From the IMG/VR virus record IMGVR_UViG_3300043086_000101: a DNA stretch of 64,000 nt. The stretch is one strand, 5' to 3'. Position 1 is the first letter of the stretch. Each line of letters begins with the position of its first letter. Shown here one piece after another: positions 56,124 to 64,000 of this stretch. A program made the position numbers and the translations under genes. A model generated the notes under the pieces. The model saw only the letters and a list, made by a program, of their open reading frames with translations. It was not told the origin of the DNA and searched no databases. The DNA is from an uncultured virus (IMG/VR IMGVR_UViG_3300043086_000101). Lineage: Duplodnaviria; Heunggongvirae; Uroviricota; Caudoviricetes.

Positions 56124-58894
56124 TAATATCCTCCTTGTGATTTATTGTCTTGTGGTATTAATATCCAAGGAGTTGGAAGAGGGTCTTGGTCTTTAGGTAT
56201 ATTAGGAGTATTAAATTGAACTAAACCAATGCCATTTTTATTCAACATACCATCTTCTGACGTATTTGGAATAGATATATCCATATTTAAGAATGGTAAA
56301 TTATTAGATACTGTACCATGATTTTGATATAAAATAATATCTCTCATTGATGAATCAGCAAGACTGCCTATTTTAAACCAGCCCTTGTATGCCTTATCTT
56401 TTACAGTACTGTCAAATCCATAAAATATTCTTAAAACATCACCATTATCAGATGCTATAGGTGGAGTATATATAGCAACTTTTCCATCATCGTAGCTTTG
56501 AGGATATTTATAATTTAAATATTCAATTATAAGATTATCATCGATTTTACTAGTATAATCAGCATTTTTAAATATATCTTTTTCTTGTGCATCTTTATCA
56601 CTCTGTATTATATCATTAGTTATTTCTAAGCCAACTAAAATTCCAGAAGTGTCTCTAACGCTACCAAAGTTTCTATAATAAACATTTTGATACCCATCTT
56701 TAGGATATTTTATGTTATTTCTATATGTTGCATACTCATTAGGATTTACTAAGTAAGCTGCTGTCCATATATATCCTTTATTATCAGTATCTTCATCAGG
56801 ATAAGTGGTGCTGGCAAGACTTCCATCGTCATCATAGGTTTTCTTGCCTGTGTAGCGTTTACTTTTGTCTGAATATAAAATATAAAGATTTTTAAGACTC
56901 GAAGAACTATTTCCTGATACGGGGTCAGTAATAATTCTAACATCTTCAATACCATTAATAGCAGAATCATCAATCGTTTCAGGACCAGTATTATATTTTA
57001 CTTGAAGATTTTTATCGTCATTAATACCTGTACCTATAAGGCCAATACTTTTAATATATTTCAGTTGGAAATTATTGTTCGTTACTGAACCATTTTGTGC
57101 TATTTCTTTTAATGAAAAAGATTTCTGTTCCCCTTGGTCATCCTTACCATTAGTATAAAAAGAAATTATACCGTTATCAGCTATTCCAGCTTTTTCAATT
57201 TTTTCCAACGCATTTTCAAATGTTGTTTCAGTTTGATTGCTAAAAACAAAAGTTAAATCTGCATCTTCATTCTTTACCTTATATGGGAAAAGCAATTGAC
57301 AAGAATCTGCTAAATATTCATCTATATAATTACCTTGGTCATTTTTCTTTTTTAAATTATATGTAAAGGTAATAGTACCACCTTTTGTATTTAGTACTTG
57401 TACAATTTCTTGTTTAGCATCATCATATTCATATACTTCAGTCTCAGGATTATTATAATCAATACCTCTTAAATACTGAATTGGATTATTATCATTCAAA
57501 ATAATTTTTTCATCATTAGGTTCTTTATTTTCATTTACTCCATTTGTATAAGTATATGAAACTAAGCCTGTAGAATCATCGTATTCTACTTTTTTGGGTA
57601 GATGCAATGTTTCGCTATAAATAGTTTCTCCACCAAGACTATTATTATTTAGTTCAATAGTAAATATACCAGTTTTCGTATCTAGAGATATGCCTGTTAT
57701 CGTTGTAATTGCTTCTTCAAAAATATCGCTATTATCATACGTATAATCAAAATGTATAGTACCATTATCTTCGATATTAACATTTGCTATACTGTTATAA
57801 TCACCAAGATATATATAATATTTTTGTACTGGTTCATCATCATATATATCAGTAGTATAAATTATAATCTGTCTTGATTTATTATCTTTTTCTTCTACAG
57901 AATTTTCTTTTTCAAAAAGATAGTTTAATTCATCTGCTGAAAGACAATCATCTGGATTCACTGAAGTAGTATATGTTGTATCTTTTTGATTTTCATCATT
58001 AATATATTTACCAGTAAAAGCAGTCGGTCTATAAATGCGCACATCACCAAGAGCAAATTCACCCTCTGAATTTTTAATAATCACTTTTTCAATTGTGCTT
58101 GCTGTTTCATTATTTACTGGAACTAAGTTATAATTACTGCCCTCTATCTTTGCTTTATAAATAACAATATTATTTAAGCTATCGCCTTTAACTCCTTTTG
58201 GAATTTTTAAGTCCCATTGCTGATGGAAAGGTTGCCTTTTGCTATCTTTTCCAAGCATTGTTTCAACTGGTTCAGTATTTTCTTCATATGGACTAACTAT
58301 TGTAGAAGTGAAATCAATCACGTTATATGGCATTGTAAAACCAACATACATAAAAGAATCATTTTCAGAATTTAAGCTTCTGAAGTTAACCCATTGCCAT
58401 TGGATTTGATCGCCACCATCTTCGTCACCAGCAATTAGATTATGGCTATCCACAGTAAATTTTTCTGTATATAAATCATTAATGGTATCTGCGGCACTAG
58501 TAAGAGTTTTATTAACTAATTTCTTTTCTGCATTTCTATAATATACATTCGGAGAATAATTAGTAAAATCATCATATTTTGCAATCTTATTATTTACTGC
58601 TGTTTTTACACCAAAAACATCATCATCAGTTGGAGTGGCTACTTCGATTAATGGAGTACCACTCGCGGGACCAACAATTTGTCCAATATATTCTCCACCA
58701 GTAGTACCTCTTCTATAAATTTGACCATTCTCACTGTCATTTTTATTTGGGGTATCAATAATGCAATATTCTCCATACCAAACAGTAGTATAATTTGAAT
58801 CTTGTTCAAAAGCTTCTTCCATCGCTGAAGTAGATTCAAAGGAGGTTTTAATTACAAACGGGGTTCCTGGCTGGCCTCCATAAAAACTATCCAT
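56123..58894 (-). CDS. Large tail/baseplate structural protein
   Basis: 923 aa in the late module; IPKGVKGD motif and repeated beta-hairpin (G.I.F.Y) units. Confidence 0.7.
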   Translation of the reverse strand: MDSFYGGQPGTPFVIKTSFESTSAMEEAFEQDSNYTTVWYGEYCIIDTPNKNDSENGQIYRRGTTGGEYIGQIVGPASGTPLIEVATPTDDDVFGVKTAVNNKIAKYDDFTNYSPNVYYRNAEKKLVNKTLTSAADTINDLYTEKFTVDSHNLIAGDEDGGDQIQWQWVNFRSLNSENDSFMYVGFTMPYNVIDFTSTIVSPYEENTEPVETMLGKDSKRQPFHQQWDLKIPKGVKGDSLNNIVIYKAKIEGSNYNLVPVNNETASTIEKVIIKNSEGEFALGDVRIYRPTAFTGKYINDENQKDTTYTTSVNPDDCLSADELNYLFEKENSVEEKDNKSRQIIIYTTDIYDDEPVQKYYIYLGDYNSIANVNIEDNGTIHFDYTYDNSDIFEEAITTITGISLDTKTGIFTIELNNNSLGGETIYSETLHLPKKVEYDDSTGLVSYTYTNGVNENKEPNDEKIILNDNNPIQYLRGIDYNNPETEVYEYDDAKQEIVQVLNTKGGTITFTYNLKKKNDQGNYIDEYLADSCQLLFPYKVKNEDADLTFVFSNQTETTFENALEKIEKAGIADNGIISFYTNGKDDQGEQKSFSLKEIAQNGSVTNNNFQLKYIKSIGLIGTGINDDKNLQVKYNTGPETIDDSAINGIEDVRIITDPVSGNSSSSLKNLYILYSDKSKRYTGKKTYDDDGSLASTTYPDEDTDNKGYIWTAAYLVNPNEYATYRNNIKYPKDGYQNVYYRNFGSVRDTSGILVGLEITNDIIQSDKDAQEKDIFKNADYTSKIDDNLIIEYLNYKYPQSYDDGKVAIYTPPIASDNGDVLRIFYGFDSTVKDKAYKGWFKIGSLADSSMRDIILYQNHGTVSNNLPFLNMDISIPNTSEDGMLNKNGIGLVQFNTPNIPKDQDPLPTPWILIPQDNKSQGGY

Positions 58895-58911
58895 ATATTT
58901 TTACCTCCTTA

Positions 58912-60057
58912 TTAACTATTTGTAGATGTATTTTTAATATATTCATAATCAATTACAAATGAATTATTAATTTGTTCAGATGATAAATTAGTTGTTTGAG
59001 TGCTTCCTGCATTGAAACAGTAGCCAGAATAAGAACCAGATGCAATGCCGATAGATGTAATTGGGATTGCATCAAAACTAAATTGACCGCTTGGTCCAAT
59101 TCTCATTTCTTCTCCATTAATAATCATCATCAAGCCAGGATTTCCATTAATTGTCATCTTGGATAAAGAAGAAAATGAAGAAGAATTTTCAAAATTTGGA
59201 ATAATATTATTTACTAAATACAATGCATAACCAACGTTATCTGGATTAACATATCGTCCCGCAACTTGTTCATTGTTAATACTATTAACAATATTATTAT
59301 CTGCGGAGTCTCTTGTAATTTCAAACCACACACAATCTAAATCAGTTGCTTCGATTCCAACTTTAAACATTAAATCAATAGTAACATAAGCATTACTAGA
59401 CTCAGATTCAAATACAGAATTTAATGTAGCATAGCTTAGTTGCTTAATTTGTTTTAATCCTGCTACTTTGTTACCAGTACTATTCTCATATTCTACCCCA
59501 ATATAAAAAACACTAGCATTTGCATATGTAACATCACTATGATTTAAAATATATATCTGGTCAACTGTAATTTCACCTTTTTGCGGGTCATAAAATACTG
59601 GGGTATAGTATCCATTCTTATCAGATTCTGTAACGTTAGCTACGGTATCTTTATCTACAATACAAGTAGTTCCTTTTCCTTCTGAATTAATATAATAAGC
59701 TACTCCTACCACTGTATTAATAGCAGTTTCTGGAGAAATAGTAATTTCTCCTAAATATTGATAATTATATCCAACTGACCCTGTTGCAATAGAATCATAA
59801 TTTACTAATTTCATTGTTAGCTCTAATGTATAATTTTTATCTTTTGGAATTTGAACTCTTAAATAATATTCAGAATTTGGAATAAAATTTGTAATTTCAT
59901 CTCCTGTATTGTCAGTGGTATTAGGTAATTGTAAACCAAAATCTCTATATATATTTTGAATTTCAACAGCTGTCAAACTAGAACTTTTATTTACAAGACA
60001 TGTATTTCCAGTAGCTCCTGTATATCTATATTGTCCCATTCCATGAGATGTTGCCAT
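58912..60057 (-). CDS. Hypothetical tail/baseplate protein
   Basis: AAGGAG RBS; beta-rich; INGEEMRIGPSG. Confidence 0.7.
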   Translation of the reverse strand: MATSHGMGQYRYTGATGNTCLVNKSSSLTAVEIQNIYRDFGLQLPNTTDNTGDEITNFIPNSEYYLRVQIPKDKNYTLELTMKLVNYDSIATGSVGYNYQYLGEITISPETAINTVVGVAYYINSEGKGTTCIVDKDTVANVTESDKNGYYTPVFYDPQKGEITVDQIYILNHSDVTYANASVFYIGVEYENSTGNKVAGLKQIKQLSYATLNSVFESESSNAYVTIDLMFKVGIEATDLDCVWFEITRDSADNNIVNSINNEQVAGRYVNPDNVGYALYLVNNIIPNFENSSSFSSLSKMTINGNPGLMMIINGEEMRIGPSGQFSFDAIPITSIGIASGSYSGYCFNAGSTQTTNLSSEQINNSFVIDYEYIKNTSTNS

Positions 60058-60075
60058 TATAATCTCCTTTTATTT

Positions 60076-63000
60076 CTATGGTTTTTCTGTGCAGGCAGAA
60101 GCAGATACTGACATCATTGAACCCGCACCAAGAGGAATAGATAAATTGCTTACAGTAAAATCTCCATATGTATTTGTAGTCTTATCATTAACTGTAATTC
60201 TACTATTAACATCAAGGTAAAATACTGGCAAAGTCGTCATTGAAATTGTTTTCTTGAAAGTTGTATATTCCATTAAATTAGTTTTAATTTCTTCATACGC
60301 GGCATTATGACTACCGCCTGTAACTAAATTAGAATATGTATTGGCATCAAGCTGACAATATGCAATATTTTGGTCTATACATTCGTCTACATCTGCCTGA
60401 ACTTCATCTTTTGTTCTACCTGAAGCTCCTCCCGCAGCAAGAATATAGCATACCTCTGGAATTTCTGGTTCAAATAAACAATTTACATCTTTACTAGAAA
60501 CAACTTTACTTCTGCGGCCAATGTTAGAAATACAATATTCAGCTATTTGATTAGCATTTGAATCTGTTGGGTCAATAAAATCTAAATAATAACAACCACC
60601 AGTCTCTACCCCACTATAGAATCCACCATTTTTTAAATCATAAACTTGCGGCCAGAAGGCTTCAAGTTCAGGAAAATAATAATCAATATCTACTACCTGT
60701 TGGCTCATATTTAATCCTAGTGATGAAATCCATTCATATTCTTCATCACTAGCATTTAATGTACCATTGTTATACTTATCTAGTTGAGAAGCAATAGAAA
60801 AATATTGTGTATTATCATCCGTTAAGATATAATTAGCACTAGTCCCAGAATTTTTATTAATCATTCCTTGTAAATACATTTCGGTTCTCCAGTCAGTTGG
60901 AGTATAACCTGTTTCTATATAATTATAAGTAGACGATAAGGATAATGCCCATTTAGCAAAGCTATAAGCGGTGGGATACCTTGTGCCTTCCCCATAAAAA
61001 GATTTCATAATTGTACCTTCATCTGTATCTTTATTTTCATCTTGTGGAAAAGTTGTGGGAAGATAATAAGTTATAATTTTTTCATCATCATCTTCATCAT
61101 CTAAAAATTCTCCATAGAATAAATTATCATCATCCCAATAATAAAAGTGAAAATCATATATCGATGGATTTTGTTTAACAGCATAATATTCTGTTAATGT
61201 TAATTCTTTTCTAGCATATGCAACAATATCTTCAGAATTTACTTGTTCATCTGTAATCTGGTTAAAAACTTTATTATTATTATCATCGATAGTTAAAGTA
61301 TAACAAGAGTTATTTTTAGAATCAGTTTTTATATAATAATAAACTTTTGTGTTTAATTGATAATATTGGTTAAAGCTATTAGAAGATAGTGTTGTTTTCA
61401 TTTTAGTGTAATCACTTGATTCTTTTTTGATAGTTTCTATGTAGTTGTCATAAACATTATCATTACTATCAATAGTAGCCGCGGTAATGTTCTCATAAGA
61501 AGTTTTAACTTCTTTATAATCCCAGTCAACAGATTCAGAAACTTCTGAAGAACTAATTATTTTATCAGAATCGGATAAATAATTTGTCGCTAAATAATTA
61601 AATTCTTTTTTATCTGCACTAATGTTAGAGATAGTCGCAGATTCAACTGTCGATATATTTACGTCAAAAGAAGGATTTAGTTTCTCAAGTTGTTCTTCTA
61701 TATTCTCAATAGATTTATTTAAATTCTCAATATTTACTTGAATAATACTATTTTCTATCTCAATATTATTCATTCTAGTATTTAAAGTTACTTCTTCTAA
61801 AATCTTTTTTGCTTGATTCTCATCTGAAATATCTTCTAAATTAAGAGTTTCAATATCAGACACTAAATCTTCTTTAATTTTTATGAAATCTTCTTTATCC
61901 TCTTCTGATAACTTTGATAAATAACTTAGATTTGATAATAAATTTTCAAGTTTTGCTTTTGCTTTATCTTTCGCGTCTTCTTCCTTTTCATCTAATAAAC
62001 CCAGTAGCTCTATAAGTCTATTTGAATCTAGCTCTTGATTTTGCAACATACTATCCAAAATAGATTTAAAAGAATCAGATAAATTTGATTTTCCAAAGTT
62101 AGCGGCAATATAATAAATAGCTACATTATATAATGTTTGCTTTGCATCATTTAGTGATTTTTGTTTATTCAAATCATCAATTTGCAACTGAATTTCTTCT
62201 TCTTGTGATTGTAAAGAGTTTCTCTCTTCTTCATTCGTATCATAAGCTTCTAGTGAAACAATATTAAATTCAGTGTCTTTTCTAAATTGAGCATAAATAA
62301 GATTATTATCTCCAATTTCAGGTAAATCGTTTCCCATTCCTATAATTGTTGGAAAACCAATTTTAACTAATCCAGTACTTGGTTCTTTATAAATCAATAG
62401 ACCATAATAAGTATTTAAATTTATAGGCTTCTTATCGATTGCTAAATGATATATTACAGAATATGTAGCATTTGTCGAAGCACTGGTACCAGTTCCTGTA
62501 ACAACAAAATCATTTTTGATATTTTCATATTGCGGATTTTGTGTCATAGATGCAATATTACAATTATCAGAAAAAGAATATGTACTTTTGCCTACAGTAG
62601 TATCTACTAAATAATCATTTTCAGACATATCAGTTAACGCAATACTGCCCAAAGTCGTATTTAAGTAATTTTTCTTTTCTCTAAAATGAAAAATACCATA
62701 TTCATCAAAGAAGTATTCATAGTTACCTAGATAAGAAACAAGTTTATCTAAAACACTTGTAACCGACTCTCCAGCATTTGCAGTTAATTCTTTAGTATAA
62801 ACAAAATCTTCCCACACATAACCAATTTCATCTCCATAACTATATTTTAAAACAGCAGGTTTTGTTGAATCGGAGATATAATCTTGATAGTCTGAAGCCG
62901 TAGAAATATTATATGTAATATCCCCATCATTGTTTACTGGACTTAAATATAAAGGAGTATCGCCATTCCATTTAACAACTCTTTTGATTCTTTGCGGCAC

Positions 63001-63633
63001 ATCTTCAATAATAATATTGTCTAACTCTTCATTACCAAAGTGATTAACTAATTCTTGTATTATACTATAAATATTAACTTTAGTACTAGTATATGCGCCA
63101 GATGCACTTTGTGTTTCAGCTTCATCAATAATTGTTGCTATTGGAAAAGTTCCACCAGTAATACCATTTAATCCGCACATCTTATCTTTTAAACTCAAAC
63201 TTATATTAACAACACTACTTGTAGAAGAGGTAATACTAGCAGATGATATATAAAATACTCCTTGCGGGAACCAAAAAATAGGATACTTCTTATATTTATC
63301 AGTTCTATTTTCTACTCCAATTTCAACAAATACTTTTTTATTAATTGAAAAATCTAAATTTAAATCTTCAACATCATAACTACCAGCATCAACAGTGGCA
63401 GCAAGATTGCAAGTACGACGAATGGATGAAGAGCCATCCTTGGTAATACTACCAGAGGATAGCTCTCCTTGAATTTCCTTAATTGGAAGTTCACTCCAAG
63501 ATAATAAAGTTATTCTTATATATTGCTTTTGGTTAACATAATCATCCAGTTTAGAGAGAAAGTCTTGCTTTTGTTGAGTAGTATTTAAATCTTGATAATA
63601 TGGGTCAAGAAGATATGGATACTGTCTTTTCAT
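60076..63633 (-). CDS. Baseplate hub / tail protein with long internal insertion
   Basis: N-terminal DGSSSIRRTC...PQGVF...LKDKM...YFFDEYGIFHF and C-terminal LPVFYLDVNSRITV...G.F.V hub-like halves around a coiled-coil/acidic insert. Confidence 0.7.
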   Translation of the reverse strand: MKRQYPYLLDPYYQDLNTTQQKQDFLSKLDDYVNQKQYIRITLLSWSELPIKEIQGELSSGSITKDGSSSIRRTCNLAATVDAGSYDVEDLNLDFSINKKVFVEIGVENRTDKYKKYPIFWFPQGVFYISSASITSSTSSVVNISLSLKDKMCGLNGITGGTFPIATIIDEAETQSASGAYTSTKVNIYSIIQELVNHFGNEELDNIIIEDVPQRIKRVVKWNGDTPLYLSPVNNDGDITYNISTASDYQDYISDSTKPAVLKYSYGDEIGYVWEDFVYTKELTANAGESVTSVLDKLVSYLGNYEYFFDEYGIFHFREKKNYLNTTLGSIALTDMSENDYLVDTTVGKSTYSFSDNCNIASMTQNPQYENIKNDFVVTGTGTSASTNATYSVIYHLAIDKKPINLNTYYGLLIYKEPSTGLVKIGFPTIIGMGNDLPEIGDNNLIYAQFRKDTEFNIVSLEAYDTNEEERNSLQSQEEEIQLQIDDLNKQKSLNDAKQTLYNVAIYYIAANFGKSNLSDSFKSILDSMLQNQELDSNRLIELLGLLDEKEEDAKDKAKAKLENLLSNLSYLSKLSEEDKEDFIKIKEDLVSDIETLNLEDISDENQAKKILEEVTLNTRMNNIEIENSIIQVNIENLNKSIENIEEQLEKLNPSFDVNISTVESATISNISADKKEFNYLATNYLSDSDKIISSSEVSESVDWDYKEVKTSYENITAATIDSNDNVYDNYIETIKKESSDYTKMKTTLSSNSFNQYYQLNTKVYYYIKTDSKNNSCYTLTIDDNNNKVFNQITDEQVNSEDIVAYARKELTLTEYYAVKQNPSIYDFHFYYWDDDNLFYGEFLDDEDDDEKIITYYLPTTFPQDENKDTDEGTIMKSFYGEGTRYPTAYSFAKWALSLSSTYNYIETGYTPTDWRTEMYLQGMINKNSGTSANYILTDDNTQYFSIASQLDKYNNGTLNASDEEYEWISSLGLNMSQQVVDIDYYFPELEAFWPQVYDLKNGGFYSGVETGGCYYLDFIDPTDSNANQIAEYCISNIGRRSKVVSSKDVNCLFEPEIPEVCYILAAGGASGRTKDEVQADVDECIDQNIAYCQLDANTYSNLVTGGSHNAAYEEIKTNLMEYTTFKKTISMTTLPVFYLDVNSRITVNDKTTNTYGDFTVSNLSIPLGAGSMMSVSASACTEKP

Positions 63634-63636
63634 ATT

Positions 63637-64000
63637 TTACTCCTTACTCTCCACTTTATTATTCTGGTCTTGACCTACATTTTCTTCAGAATTGGATTCA
63701 ATCTCTTCAGGACTCTCTGTATTTTCTCCACTATTATCTGTATTTCCTTCACCATTATCATAATCTGATTCAGTTTCTAAAACATAACCAGTATAACTTA
63801 TTGTTCCTTCACCAGGAACTGCGACAATTCCTGTTTTTTCATCTTTATTATACGTAAAAGAATACCAACTATTATTAAAATAAATATAATATTGATTTTT
63901 AACAGTGTAAACGGTATTACGAGTAGGGGATATGATAGAATTAACAGTATTATAATTTGTATTGTCATTACTCATAATAAATTGTTTATTATTAATAAAT
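63637..64000 (-). CDS. 3' end of a structural gene truncated by the window edge
   Basis: The frame stays open from ATG 63975 to 64000 (FINNKQFIM) and there is no RBS before that ATG. Confidence 0.65.
   Translation of the reverse strand, partial: FINNKQFIMSNDNTNYNTVNSIISPTRNTVYTVKNQYYIYFNNSWYSFTYNKDEKTGIVAVPGEGTISYTGYVLETESDYDNGEGNTDNSGENTESPEEIESNSEENVGQDQNNKVESKE

Noticed and set aside
1..64000. Stop-codon reassignment (TAG or TGA recoding)
   Set aside because: Long genes are intact in the standard code; TAG ends genes directly before the next RBS (e.g. 30176, 31679, 44948); no suppressor tRNA.
1..64000. CRISPR array, integrase, transposase or reverse transcriptase
   Set aside because: No regularly spaced direct repeats and no recognisable motifs for these enzymes.

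Overview
This 64 kb window comes from a large, AT-rich (roughly 30% GC by eye) tailed-phage genome read in the standard genetic code. The + strand (1-46.3 kb) carries early/middle genes behind about 17 near-consensus TTGACA-N17/18-TATAAT promoters. These include hypotheticals, a 3D-domain protein, a displaced cassette of four paralogous tail-fibre/receptor-binding genes, two degenerate metallophosphoesterases, a candidate structured ncRNA and seven tRNAs. They also include an RNA ligase/kinase/phosphoesterase repair set, type IIA topoisomerase, DNA ligase, a formate/nitrite channel, PhoH, ThyX, SSB, a Sak4-like ATPase, DnaB, primase, RecJ, DnaE, Gmk, NrdD/NrdG, dUTPase, a FolD-like protein and RuvC. 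Two group I introns with homing endonucleases interrupt the Sak4-like gene and nrdD; their splice sites were resolved by hand. The - strand (46.3-64 kb) is the late tail/lysis module, converging on a bidirectional terminator. Best leads: (1) an ArfA-like ORF whose stop codon is nucleotides 1-3 of tRNA-Gln, so tRNA processing would leave a non-stop mRNA; (2) a formate-centred dNTP supply module (FNT channel, formate-type NrdD, FolD, ThyX); (3) the fibre cassette with RBS-occluding hairpins and a possible C-rich antisense RNA; (4) an unassigned structured RNA ahead of the tRNAs; (5) strong TGCGG/CCGCA enrichment. All calls come from reading motifs by eye; no searches or folding programs were run.
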